A stretch of 64,000 bases of DNA from an uncultured Arcobacter sp. (lineage in GTDB: Bacteria; Campylobacterota; Campylobacteria; Campylobacterales; Arcobacteraceae). The stretch spans positions 1,760,001-1,824,000 of the forward strand of contig OZ223300.1 of assembly GCA_965140705.1 (NCBI GenBank), in the 5' to 3' direction. Position numbers and translations under genes: made by a program. Numbering within the stretch: the stretch's first letter is position 1; the number at the start of each line of letters is the position of its first letter. The notes beneath the pieces are model-generated. The model was not told where the DNA came from, made no database searches, and was given only the letters and a program-made list of their open reading frames with translations. This document shows, one piece after another, positions 38,843-48,897 of this stretch.

Positions 38843-40177
38843 TTGAATAAATTTACAAGAATTGGGTTTATTTTGGCAGCAGCTGGTTCAGCTGTTGGAT
38901 TAGGTAATATATGGAAATTTCCATATATTACAGGAGAATATGGTGGTGGAGCATTTGTTATTGTTTACCTATTAGCAATACTTTTTATAGGATTGACAAT
39001 ATTTATAGCTGAAACTGTTATTGGTCAATATGGAGAAGCTAATGTTTCTACATCATTTGTAAAAATGTCTAAATCTAAAAATGAGAATTGGAAATTTGCT
39101 GCATTTATGATATTTGCAGGACTTATTATTCTTTCATTTTATTCTGTTGTATTAGGTTGGATTTTAAACTATATTGTTACATCATTTCAAACACTTCCTT
39201 CTAATTCTGAGATTGCAGGGAAAACTTTTAATACTCTTGTTTCAAAAGAGATTTCATCTGAAATCTTTTATCATACACTTATAGCATTATCAGTTGTTTT
39301 TATTGTCTTAAAAGGTGTAAAAGATGGAATAGAGAAATTAAATCTTATTTTAATGCCCTTATTAGGCTTAATTCTACTTGGACTTTTAATTTATGCTTTA
39401 ACTTTAGATAGTTTTTCACAAGCTATTAGTTTTATGTTTATTGCTGACTGGAGTAAAATAAATGGTGATGCGCTACTAGCTGCACTAGGACAAGCATTTT
39501 TTACTTTATCTGTTGGAATTGGTACTATTATTACATATTCAGCCTCTTTAGATAAAAAAGCAAACTTTTTTAAATCATCTGTTCTTGTAGCCTTAGTAGA
39601 TACTATCATTGCTATCATTGCAGGTTTGATTATCTTTACTTTCCTTTTTGATGCTGGAGCAAAAAGTGCAGCAGGACCAGGACTTGTATTTATTTCACTT
39701 CCAGTTATTTTCTCTCAATGGGGAATTTTAGGACATGTTATTGCTATCTCATTTTTTTCAGCATTAGTTTTTGCAGGAATTACATCGGCTGTATCTATGA
39801 TAGAGCCTGCCTTGATGTTTTTAATTGAGAGATATAAAATGACAAGACTAAAAGCAACTATAATTTGTGGTTCATTTTTCTATATATTTGGTATTATTGC
39901 CATACTCTCTATGTCTTCATTATATGGTAAGTCATTAACATTTTTTGGAAAAAATGCCTTTGATTGGATGGATTTCTTAACCTCTTCTATTTCGATGCCA
40001 CTTGCAGGAATATTAATTTGTATTTTCTTAGGATTTTATGTTGATAAACAATTACTAAAAGATAAATTTACAAAATTTGTATCTGTGGAAATATTTAATA
40101 TCTGGTATGCTTTGATTAAATACATTGTTCCAATTGCTATTGCAATTTTATTACTTAATAAATTAGGTCTTATCTAA
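38843..40177 (+). CDS. Sodium-dependent transporter, SNF/NSS family
   Basis: AGSAVGLGNIWKFPY, GQAFFTLS, GPGLVF. Confidence 0.94.
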   Translation: MNKFTRIGFILAAAGSAVGLGNIWKFPYITGEYGGGAFVIVYLLAILFIGLTIFIAETVIGQYGEANVSTSFVKMSKSKNENWKFAAFMIFAGLIILSFYSVVLGWILNYIVTSFQTLPSNSEIAGKTFNTLVSKEISSEIFYHTLIALSVVFIVLKGVKDGIEKLNLILMPLLGLILLGLLIYALTLDSFSQAISFMFIADWSKINGDALLAALGQAFFTLSVGIGTIITYSASLDKKANFFKSSVLVALVDTIIAIIAGLIIFTFLFDAGAKSAAGPGLVFISLPVIFSQWGILGHVIAISFFSALVFAGITSAVSMIEPALMFLIERYKMTRLKATIICGSFFYIFGIIAILSMSSLYGKSLTFFGKNAFDWMDFLTSSISMPLAGILICIFLGFYVDKQLLKDKFTKFVSVEIFNIWYALIKYIVPIAIAILLLNKLGLI

Positions 40178-40180
40178 ATT

Positions 40181-40206
40181 TTTATAGGAGATTTTTCTCC
40201 TATAAA
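40181..40206. terminator. Bidirectional terminator
   Basis: TTTATAGGAGA/TCTCCTATAAA stem between convergent genes. Confidence 0.7.
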
Positions 40207-41435
40207 TATAAGTATAAATTAAACCCAACAAGCAAAATATTCAAAGCTACAAATGTCTCTTTTCTAATTATTGCAAGCAAAGAAACTAAAATATAAGTTA
40301 TAAAAAACCAAAGTGGAGTAAGCACTTCAAAACTATGAAACTTCATATTTATTGCAACAGTTAAAAATGAGTCTAATAAATCTCCATATCCAATTAAATG
40401 CAAAAATAATTCTAAAGGATAAAAAATAGTAAAAAGTATAGTAATAAGAGGAGAAAATAGTTGAACCCAAGATGTTACACCAAAGAAGTAATGAACTATT
40501 GGATTAAAACTTGCGAAAATCCAAATATTAAAAAATAAAAACAAAAATACTTTATTAAGATTTTGAAAATATTTTATAAATAAAAATATATAAAATACTC
40601 CAATAACAGAAAACCACAAAGAGATTGAAAATAAATATTTTGGGAAAAGGACAATTATAAATAGTAGTGTAAGTAAAAGTGTTTCAAAGGAGATTAATTT
40701 TATATTTGCCCTTAATAAAAATATTCCAAAAAGCATCATAATAAAAGCCCTTAAAAGAGAGGGCATTAAGTTTGTAAAAACTAAATATAAAAATAAAAAA
40801 AACATTACCATACATAAAATATCAAACCTCCTATTTCTATAAGGAAAATATCTATTATGAAAGAAGTTATATGGATAATAAAATATAAAATAAAGAATAA
40901 GAGACAACACACCTAAATGAAATCCAGAAATCGCGATTAAATGTGAAATGGAATATACTGCAAAAATATCTCTTAACTTGCTATTTGTAGGAAGCCCTAA
41001 AAATATAGCTTCATATATCTCGCTTATATTCTTATTTGTATGTTGAGATACTATTTTTACTTTTAAATCTTCTTTTATACTATTTTTTTGCTTTTTAAAG
41101 ATATTGAAACTTTTTACATAAAAACCTTTTAAATACTCTAAGAATGATATTTGAGAAGTAAGTATAGATATATCAATATAATCTAGTCTTTTTAAATCTA
41201 ATTCCTTAGAAACAGATGTAAAAAAAGAAAAATCACTTGCTTGTAATTTGTATATATTAAAATCTTCTTTTTCATACTTATTTATAACTTGTGCCTCAAG
41301 TTTATAAATAGAATTTGTAGTTAAATTTTTATAATTGTTGTATTGAAAGGAAAGCGTAATAAAAAAAGTAAGTAATAAAAGAAAAGAAAAAACAAATAAC
41401 TCTTTTTTGTCATTTATCAAATTTAATTTTTGCAT
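40200..41435 (-). CDS. comEC: ComEC/Rec2 competence protein
   Basis: SHLIAISGFHLG, PSLLRA. Confidence 0.9.
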   Translation of the reverse strand: MQKLNLINDKKELFVFSFLLLLTFFITLSFQYNNYKNLTTNSIYKLEAQVINKYEKEDFNIYKLQASDFSFFTSVSKELDLKRLDYIDISILTSQISFLEYLKGFYVKSFNIFKKQKNSIKEDLKVKIVSQHTNKNISEIYEAIFLGLPTNSKLRDIFAVYSISHLIAISGFHLGVLSLILYFIFYYPYNFFHNRYFPYRNRRFDILCMVMFFLFLYLVFTNLMPSLLRAFIMMLFGIFLLRANIKLISFETLLLTLLFIIVLFPKYLFSISLWFSVIGVFYIFLFIKYFQNLNKVFLFLFFNIWIFASFNPIVHYFFGVTSWVQLFSPLITILFTIFYPLELFLHLIGYGDLLDSFLTVAINMKFHSFEVLTPLWFFITYILVSLLAIIRKETFVALNILLVGFNLYLYL

Positions 41436-41439
41436 TAAT

Positions 41440-41478
41440 TATTCTACTAAATAATGATTTAAATTATTTAGTAGAATA
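41440..41478. terminator. 16-bp perfect hairpin between the ovoA stop and the comEC start
   Basis: TATTCTACTAAATAAT/ATTATTTAGTAGAATA. Confidence 0.6.
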
Positions 41479-41483
41479 TGGTT

Positions 41484-43577
41484 TTATTTAATTTTTTTCC
41501 AAATACTCATTTGAGAAATTGTATGTTGATGTTTTCTTGACGTCTCTTTTATCACAAAAGGTACATCTATCGTATCAAGCAATTCAAATCTATCACTTAG
41601 GTTTTCTTTTAAAGTATCTAAAGTTTTTACTTCTTTATTATCTCTTACAAATCCACCTAACCAGTTCTGTTTTGGAGTATAATCTTCAAGCCAAGTATAT
41701 GGACTCAAGATTACTAAAAGACCATCTTTATTTACCCTATTTGGAATATCATCTAAAAACTTTTGAGGATAATATAATCTATCAATCAAGTTTGAACAAA
41801 ATATCAAATCATAGGCTGTATACATATCTTTTAAATTACAAGCATCGCCTTGCATAAAAGTAACTCTCTCTTTTATCTCTTCAAGTCCAAAGTCATCTAA
41901 AGCAACAGTCTTTTCTTCGTATAATTCACCCTCTGTTGCAACTTTATAGGTCAAACTATCATACTTTTTCAGTTTTATTCCAACACTTATAAAGTTAGCA
42001 CTAAAGTCTATCCCTAATACCTCATCAAATATTTTTCCTAGCTCAAATGAACTTCTTCCTACACTACAACCTAAATCAAGCGCTTTTTCTTTTTTTACAT
42101 CTTCTAAATATGGTTTTAATACTTCAACAGAATTTTTAGGGAAGTTTTTAACTCCATAAATCTCTTCACCGTAATGGAATTCACAATATTGAGAGATCTG
42201 CTCATCTGTTTCATATACATTATCATTTAGTTTAGTTCTATATTCATTATCACTTTTTACATATCTAAATCCAGCATGTTGGAAGAAGTGCTTTCTAAAA
42301 GCATACCTTGCACTTCTTAAAGTCTCATTTCCTAAACTTATAAATGAACCACCTTTTATAAGGGCATGTCTATCATCAAAAGTAGGAGTTGTAAAGTCAT
42401 CATATACAGGATGAGTTTCAAATCCATCAAGTGGATACATAGGAGTTATACTCCATTGCCATACATTTCCAATCACGTCATAAAAATCACCCATAGGGTA
42501 TTTATCTACTGGTGTTTGATTAAAATACTTTAATCCTATATTTGCATCACACTCTTGGGCTTTAACATAATCATTTAATCTATAATACTCATCTTCACTT
42601 GGAAGTCTTACTTCAAAGCCAAGTTTTTCACTTTTATATTTACAAAAAGCTTCTGCTTCATATACATTTATATCAACTGGATAATTTAAAGGTAAAGGAA
42701 CTACTCTATTTATCTCTCTTAAATAATACTTATCACCATCTTTTAACCAAAAAGTAGGCATTTTAGTTTGTGTAAAGTCTAACCACTTCAATCCATCTTT
42801 ACTAAAGTAATGTAGTTTATTATAACCACCCTCTTTTACAAACTCCAAAAACTCTCCATTTGATACTAGATACTTACTAGCTTCAAAATCTTTTATACTC
42901 GCTCTATGAAAAGCAAACTCATTATCCCAACCATAGAAGTTTGGCTTTTTATGGTCTTTTTGAAGTATAACTTCTCCACCTTCTACTTTTACTAATTCAT
43001 TTTGTGGATAAGTTTGGCTTCTTTCATTGTTATATTCAAATAATTCATCTTCTTTAAAATATTTTATGTCAAGTTCTCTTAATAATACAGATGATGTTTC
43101 TATATGGATATTTTCATGCTCTATTCCCATAAGTATAACCCACATAGGAGAATTCCAATTTATAGGTATAGAAAACTCAATACTATCAATAATATCTAAT
43201 ACTAAAGTCTTTACCTCATCTCTATATGCTTTTGTCTCTTCATATGTTGGCCATTGATAATTCTCATCATTTAAATCATCCCAACTCATTTCATCAACAC
43301 CAATTGCAAATAGAGACTCAAGTGTTTTATTTACTCTTTTAGTTGTTATATTTGAAACATTTAATTTATTCATAAAAAATGTAGCTGTATGTCCAAAATA
43401 AAATATTAAAGGATGTCTTAACCTATTTGGTTGTTCAAGTATATGTTTCTTATCTTCTAATAAATCAAAAAGTTTTTCATCTAACTCATAAGTTCTTAAA
43501 AAATATTCTCTTATCTCTTCTCTTTTTTCTTCAACTGTTCCGTTATTTAAATCTATCGTTTTCCAATTATAATTCAT
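41484..43577 (-). CDS. ovoA: 5-histidylcysteine sulfoxide synthase with C-terminal methyltransferase (ovothiol biosynthesis)
   Basis: RHPLIFYFGHT, GVDEMSWDD, HENIHIE (HX3HXE iron motif), FGE domain, FRKHFFQHAGFR, LDLGCSVGR, SPYTW. Confidence 0.93.
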   Translation of the reverse strand: MNYNWKTIDLNNGTVEEKREEIREYFLRTYELDEKLFDLLEDKKHILEQPNRLRHPLIFYFGHTATFFMNKLNVSNITTKRVNKTLESLFAIGVDEMSWDDLNDENYQWPTYEETKAYRDEVKTLVLDIIDSIEFSIPINWNSPMWVILMGIEHENIHIETSSVLLRELDIKYFKEDELFEYNNERSQTYPQNELVKVEGGEVILQKDHKKPNFYGWDNEFAFHRASIKDFEASKYLVSNGEFLEFVKEGGYNKLHYFSKDGLKWLDFTQTKMPTFWLKDGDKYYLREINRVVPLPLNYPVDINVYEAEAFCKYKSEKLGFEVRLPSEDEYYRLNDYVKAQECDANIGLKYFNQTPVDKYPMGDFYDVIGNVWQWSITPMYPLDGFETHPVYDDFTTPTFDDRHALIKGGSFISLGNETLRSARYAFRKHFFQHAGFRYVKSDNEYRTKLNDNVYETDEQISQYCEFHYGEEIYGVKNFPKNSVEVLKPYLEDVKKEKALDLGCSVGRSSFELGKIFDEVLGIDFSANFISVGIKLKKYDSLTYKVATEGELYEEKTVALDDFGLEEIKERVTFMQGDACNLKDMYTAYDLIFCSNLIDRLYYPQKFLDDIPNRVNKDGLLVILSPYTWLEDYTPKQNWLGGFVRDNKEVKTLDTLKENLSDRFELLDTIDVPFVIKETSRKHQHTISQMSIWKKIK

Positions 43578-43665
43578 ATCTACCCCAAATTTTTCTATCT
43601 TGTTATTCTATTTATATTTATTGTACATTTGTATACATATAAAGACATCTCATACTTTGTTAATA

Positions 43666-44736
43666 TTACTCTTCAATAATATCTGAAAGTTTTTTAGCCA
43701 ATTCTAAAATCTCTTCTTTTTCATTTAAGCCATCAATAAATCTTTGTGGAATATTTTTCAAGCCAACTTGTGCACCAACTAAGGCACCAGTTAATATTGA
43801 TCTAGCTTGATTTTGTCCTCCACCATTAAGTGCATGTAATATTGCACTTTCAAAATCATCATTAAATCTTGCCGATAAATAGTAACATGCTGGTAACATA
43901 TGATAAATAGCACATGGCATTCCATATACTAAAGATACTTTCCAAGCTGGCTCTATCTTTATATCTTTGTCATTTGCTGCTTGTGCCATAAAAGATGGAG
44001 ATAATAAAGCATCAGGAGAAGCAAATAAGCCTATATTTGATGGATCTTTAGCACCATCTTTTGGTGGCTTTAAATTATCTGAAGTAACTGCATGAAAAGG
44101 TAATTCACCTTTTTTGACTAGTTTCATTAATTTTGTAGATATATCTTTATCTAGCTTTTCACCTTGAATTAATTGAGCCAATACTGCCCCATATGCAACA
44201 GTCATTGAACCCACGATATCATCAACTTGTGTTAAAAAAGTATTATGGGAAATACTTTTTGCTAACTCTTTTGTATTTAGTGCATATAATACAGCAAGAG
44301 CTAAAGTTCTCTCTATAGCTTCAGTTGTATCTGCTCTACTTCCCACTTTATCCCATGGTAATTTTTGCTCTACTCTTTGTCTATATACTTCTCTAATAGA
44401 TTGTGAAGTATAACCTCCAGGTCCATGTGTTGGAATACCATCTATTTTTGTAAATAAATCCTCATCTAATTTTTTGCAAAAATCTTCTTGATTGTAAGCT
44501 TTATTTTCTATAAGGGATTTAATCATAAGTTTTAGTATATATCCTGACTGGGATTGATTACCTTTTTCTTCATGTTCATGGTATCTTCCCTTTTTAGGAG
44601 TTGTATATGTTGTAATCCATTCACCATAATCTTTATGTTGTTCGTCTAAATCATAATACCAATGTGGGCCTAATGCAATTGCATCACCAATAAATGCTCC
44701 TACTATGGCACCTTGTGCTCTATCTTTTAAGTTCAT
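43666..44736 (-). CDS. ADP-ribosylglycohydrolase family protein (atypical metal motifs)
   Basis: GAFIGDAIALGPHWYYD, FESAILHALNGGGQNQAR, GALVGA. Confidence 0.82.
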   Translation of the reverse strand: MNLKDRAQGAIVGAFIGDAIALGPHWYYDLDEQHKDYGEWITTYTTPKKGRYHEHEEKGNQSQSGYILKLMIKSLIENKAYNQEDFCKKLDEDLFTKIDGIPTHGPGGYTSQSIREVYRQRVEQKLPWDKVGSRADTTEAIERTLALAVLYALNTKELAKSISHNTFLTQVDDIVGSMTVAYGAVLAQLIQGEKLDKDISTKLMKLVKKGELPFHAVTSDNLKPPKDGAKDPSNIGLFASPDALLSPSFMAQAANDKDIKIEPAWKVSLVYGMPCAIYHMLPACYYLSARFNDDFESAILHALNGGGQNQARSILTGALVGAQVGLKNIPQRFIDGLNEKEEILELAKKLSDIIEE

Positions 44737-44750
44737 ATATATCCTTTATT

Positions 44751-44806
44751 TACTACTAATTAGTAATTTATTTTAGAATTATACTACTAACTAGTATTAA
44801 AGTCAA
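44751..44806 (-). promoter_or_regulatory. Sigma70 promoter TTGACT-N17-TATAAT with two 15-bp operator copies
   Basis: -35 at 44801-44806, -10 at 44778-44783; TACTACTAAYTAGTA at 44751 and 44782. Confidence 0.7.
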
Positions 44807-44807
44807 G

Positions 44808-45287
44808 TTATATTAATAACTCTTTTGAAAGTATAACTCCATCCATATCAGCATAAACAATATCACCTTGAGAAAAATTAATACCACAAAAAGAGACATC
44901 AACACCTAATTCACCTTTTGTTTCAATAGCATATTTTCTACTACAAGTTCCCCTTGCAAATAATATTAAGTCCATATCTTTTGTAAAAAAAGTATCTCTA
45001 ACATAACCATTTACAATTAAGCCCTCATAGTTATTATCAACTGCAAATTTTGCAAGGTTATCTCCTACTACTGCAAAATACTCATCTTCCACATCTACTA
45101 CAACTATTTTACCAGTACCATCTACGTCTTTTAACAAATTTTTAAGATCTGTATTATTTCTATCAAGCTTTATAGTTACTACTTCTCCATAGGCCTTTTG
45201 TTTTCCGCCATAATTTTTAAACTCATTATCTAATACATATACTTTATCTGGGTGTGCATCACTTATATCTGCTGTAAAAAAATCCAT
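44808..45287 (-). CDS. RraA family protein (HMG aldolase/oxaloacetate decarboxylase-like)
   Basis: TADISD, YGGK, VVGDNLA, GYVRD, YADMDGV. Confidence 0.88.
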   Translation of the reverse strand: MDFFTADISDAHPDKVYVLDNEFKNYGGKQKAYGEVVTIKLDRNNTDLKNLLKDVDGTGKIVVVDVEDEYFAVVGDNLAKFAVDNNYEGLIVNGYVRDTFFTKDMDLILFARGTCSRKYAIETKGELGVDVSFCGINFSQGDIVYADMDGVILSKELLI

Positions 45288-45299
45288 TTATTTTCCTTT

Positions 45300-46322
45300 T
45301 TATAATTTATTTTTAAAAAACTCTTTGAAAGCTTCTATTACATAATCAATATCTTCACTTGTAACATCTCTATGAGTTACAAGTCTTAACTCATCATAAG
45401 TTCCTGATATATTTATACCTTTATTTTTTAAATAATTTATTAATAAATCTACATTAGTATCTTTTAATTCAATAAATACCATATTTGTATCATTTGATAA
45501 GATTTTTATTTGATTAATCTTTTCTAATTCTAAAGCTAGTTTTTTTGCATTTTGATGATCGATTTGTAAATCTTTTATATTATTATCTAAGGCATAAGAA
45601 CATGCAGCTGCTAAATAACCAGATTGTCTAAGTCCACCTCCTAGCATCTTTCTATATCTTCTAGCTTTATTTATAAACTCTTTACTCCCAACTAATACAG
45701 AACCTACAGGAGCACCTAAACCTTTTGAGATACATATTGACATAGAATCAAAACAAGCACTTATATCTTTAATATCTATACCTAAATCAACAACTGCATT
45801 AAAAACCCTTGCTCCATCAAGATGTAATAAAAGATTTTTATCATGTGTAAATTTTCTTGCTTCTTGCAAATATGAAAGTGGCAAAACTTTTCCATTATGG
45901 GTATTTTCCAAACACAAAAGTTTAGTCATAGCAAAGTGAAAATCATCAGGTTTTATTTTTTTATTTACCTTATTTAAATCCAAAATTCCATCTATTTCAA
46001 ACTCTATTGGTTGAGCAACTATTCCACCAAGAACTGATGAACCTCCTCCTTCATACTTAAAGATATGGGAGTCTTGTCCACAAATATACTCTTCACCCCT
46101 TTGACAATGGGAGAGCATCGCTAATAAATTTGCTTGGGTACCACTTGTAGCAAATAAGGCTGATTCTTTATTTGTAAGTCTTGCTACTTTTTCTTCAAGT
46201 GCATTTACACTTGGATCTTCACCATATACATCATCTCCAATTTGTGCATTAAACATATAATCTTTCATCTGCTTTGAGGGCATTGTAAAGGTATCACTTC
46301 TAAGTTCTATTATTTTATTCAT
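45300..46322 (-). CDS. ltaE: Low-specificity L-threonine aldolase
   Basis: LRSDT, GDDVYGEDP, LENTHNG, HLDGAR, SKGLGAPVGS, GGGLRQ. Confidence 0.93.
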   Translation of the reverse strand: MNKIIELRSDTFTMPSKQMKDYMFNAQIGDDVYGEDPSVNALEEKVARLTNKESALFATSGTQANLLAMLSHCQRGEEYICGQDSHIFKYEGGGSSVLGGIVAQPIEFEIDGILDLNKVNKKIKPDDFHFAMTKLLCLENTHNGKVLPLSYLQEARKFTHDKNLLLHLDGARVFNAVVDLGIDIKDISACFDSMSICISKGLGAPVGSVLVGSKEFINKARRYRKMLGGGLRQSGYLAAACSYALDNNIKDLQIDHQNAKKLALELEKINQIKILSNDTNMVFIELKDTNVDLLINYLKNKGINISGTYDELRLVTHRDVTSEDIDYVIEAFKEFFKNKL

Positions 46323-46333
46323 TTTGCACCTTT

Positions 46334-47026
46334 TTAAAACCACTGTATAATTTTCTCTTTTACCTCTTTTGTTCTTTCAAGTGGTAACATATGTGTTTGA
46401 GCTTCTATTTGTGTAACTTCAATATTTTTTGCTTTTAAAGAGAAGTTTTCCATAAATTTTGAACTAACAAGTCTATCTTCATTGGCATATAAAAAAGCTA
46501 AATTCAAATCACTATTTATAAGTTTTTCGCTTAAATCTTCTCTTATTATTGTGGCATTAAATTGAGAATAAAAAGCTTCTTCTCCCACATCTATATACAT
46601 TTGAAGTATTAAATTTATTAGTTCTTCATCATCTTGATTTTTTGGCTCCACTAAACTTAAAACTTTTTTTCTACTAAGACCTTTAAAGCCAAACTTTTTA
46701 GTTAGTTTAATAGTCTCTCTTCTTCTTTGACACTCTTCTTCATTTAAATTTGCAGGACTACAAGCAACTGCTAAAATTTTATTTATTCTATGTGGATACT
46801 TTAAACCAAAATAACATGAAATATAACCCCCAAGAGAAAACCCTAAAAGATTTATTTTATCATCTTTTATTTTATCATTTAGCACTTCTACTATTTCATC
46901 AAAACTATCTTTTTGTGGAATCTCAAGATGAATAAATTCATAAGTATCATCAAAAAGAGGAATTAACCTACTCCAAAGTTTCTCATCATTCATAAAGCCT
47001 GGTATTAAATATATTTTTCTTTTCAT
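46334..47026 (-). CDS. Alpha/beta fold hydrolase
   Basis: LIPGF oxyanion loop, GFSLG nucleophile, ED and THMLPLE. Confidence 0.87.
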   Translation of the reverse strand: MKRKIYLIPGFMNDEKLWSRLIPLFDDTYEFIHLEIPQKDSFDEIVEVLNDKIKDDKINLLGFSLGGYISCYFGLKYPHRINKILAVACSPANLNEEECQRRRETIKLTKKFGFKGLSRKKVLSLVEPKNQDDEELINLILQMYIDVGEEAFYSQFNATIIREDLSEKLINSDLNLAFLYANEDRLVSSKFMENFSLKAKNIEVTQIEAQTHMLPLERTKEVKEKIIQWF

Positions 47027-47125
47027 AATATTCACTTATATTTTTGATTTATTTTATCTAATAAAAGTTTTACATACTTTTAGATATTCTAATGCCCTTT
47101 ATAAAATGAACAAATAGGCAATTAA

Positions 47126-47536
47126 ATGAAAGTAGTAACAGGCGTTGTAGGAAACGATATACACGTTGTAGCAAATAGATTAATTGAACTCTCATTACAA
47201 GCAAGGGGATTTGAGGTATTTAACCTTGGAGTTAATACTTATTTAGAAGAATTCTTTGATGCTGTAGTAGAAACAAATGCAGATGTACTTTTAATCTCTT
47301 CTTTAAACGGTGAAGCAGAAGGTTGGTGTAGAGAAGTAAAGATACTAAAATCAAAATATAAAAACTTAGATAATGTAGTTTTTATGATTGGTGGAAACTT
47401 AGTAGTTGGAACAGGTGATGCTTCAATTATCGTGCCAAAATTCAAAAACTACGGGTTTGATTTGGTATTTCATCAAGTGGATTTAAATACAGGGCTTGAT
47501 GAATTAGAAAAATATTTAAAAACGAGAGAATCATGA
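47126..47536 (+). CDS. mamA: Glutamate (methylaspartate) mutase S subunit, B12-binding
   Basis: GNDIHVVAN (DxH), FNLGV, ISSLNG, IGGNL. Confidence 0.9.
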   Translation: MKVVTGVVGNDIHVVANRLIELSLQARGFEVFNLGVNTYLEEFFDAVVETNADVLLISSLNGEAEGWCREVKILKSKYKNLDNVVFMIGGNLVVGTGDASIIVPKFKNYGFDLVFHQVDLNTGLDELEKYLKTRES

Positions 47537-48897
47537 GTTTATTACAAGAAGAACGAGAGATAATTTTAAGTAATGAATATGTGGAACATTTTGACTTCGC
47601 TGAAGTTGAAGAGTTTGTAAAAAATGCTTCAAAAGATCTATTTATTTCACATAATTTTAGAACAAAAAATAAAATGCTAGTACAACCACGTGGTGGTTTT
47701 CCTACATATAACAAAATGTATGCACTTTATGAATTCTTCGTAAATGCAAATGTGGATGTCTTGCCTTGTACTATTGATTCTAATACTAGATTAAATGACT
47801 ATGCAACATCTAAAAAGATGCTAAGACTTTCAGAAGAGAGTGAAGTTGATATGCTAAATGGTTATCCATTAGTTAATCATGGATATAGAACTACTAGAAA
47901 AATGATTACTCATTTTAACAAGCCTGTATCACTTAGACATGGAACACCAGATGCTAGACTTCTAATTGAAACAGCTATTGCTTCAGGTATTTTTGAAATA
48001 GAGGGTGGACCAATAACTTACCTTTTACCCTACTCTAAAAACTTTCCATTAGATAAAGCCTTTTTATATTGGAAATATGTTGAAAGGGTTTGTGCTAAAT
48101 ATTCAACACTGAATGAACCAATAAATAGAGAATCATTTGGACCACTAACGGCAACCTTAGTTCCTCCATGTATTACTATTGTAATTCAACTACTTGAAAT
48201 GATTTTATCTCTTGAAGAAGGAGTTAAATCATTTTCTGTATCTTTTTCTCAAAGTGGAAGTGTAAACCAAGATATTGTAACTGGTGCAGTTCTAAGAAAA
48301 CTTGCAAAACATTATGCCAATGAGATTGGATGTGGAGATGCTGAGGTTCATTTAGTATATCACCAATGGATGGGTGCTTTCCCTATGGATCAAAACTTCT
48401 CATCACAACTTATCTCTTTGTCAACTGCAATTGCAGCTATGGTTGGTGCTGATAAGATTATTACAAAAACAAAAGAAGAGGCTTCTGGAATTCCTACAAA
48501 AGAAGCAAATGCAGAAACCGTTGCAAATACACAATATCTTCTAAGAATACTAAATGGTCTTCCAAATGTAGTAGACCAAGAAGAAGAAGAAAATCTAACA
48601 GCTGAAGTTATGGCTATTATGGAAGCAGTATTTAATGATAGTGCTGATACTTTATGGAGAAAAGTTTTTAATAGTATCAAAAATGGAATAATAGATGTAC
48701 CATTTTCTCCACATATTATAAATCATAATGAAATGATTACAATAAGAGATAAAAACAAAAATATTAGAATCATGGAAAGAGGAAATGTTCCAATTCCTGA
48801 TCGTTGTTTTGAATATGAGAAATCAAAATGTGATTTAAAAAAAGATACTACATCTATAGTAAATGATATTATCCATGATATAGGAATTATGCAATGA
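47533..48897 (+). CDS. mamB: Glutamate (methylaspartate) mutase E subunit
   Basis: VQPRGG, TIDSNTR, LNGYPLVNHG, RHGTPDARLL, EGG, PYSK, INRESFGPLT, HQWMGAFP, GIPTKEAN. Confidence 0.92.
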   Translation: MSLLQEEREIILSNEYVEHFDFAEVEEFVKNASKDLFISHNFRTKNKMLVQPRGGFPTYNKMYALYEFFVNANVDVLPCTIDSNTRLNDYATSKKMLRLSEESEVDMLNGYPLVNHGYRTTRKMITHFNKPVSLRHGTPDARLLIETAIASGIFEIEGGPITYLLPYSKNFPLDKAFLYWKYVERVCAKYSTLNEPINRESFGPLTATLVPPCITIVIQLLEMILSLEEGVKSFSVSFSQSGSVNQDIVTGAVLRKLAKHYANEIGCGDAEVHLVYHQWMGAFPMDQNFSSQLISLSTAIAAMVGADKIITKTKEEASGIPTKEANAETVANTQYLLRILNGLPNVVDQEEEENLTAEVMAIMEAVFNDSADTLWRKVFNSIKNGIIDVPFSPHIINHNEMITIRDKNKNIRIMERGNVPIPDRCFEYEKSKCDLKKDTTSIVNDIIHDIGIMQ

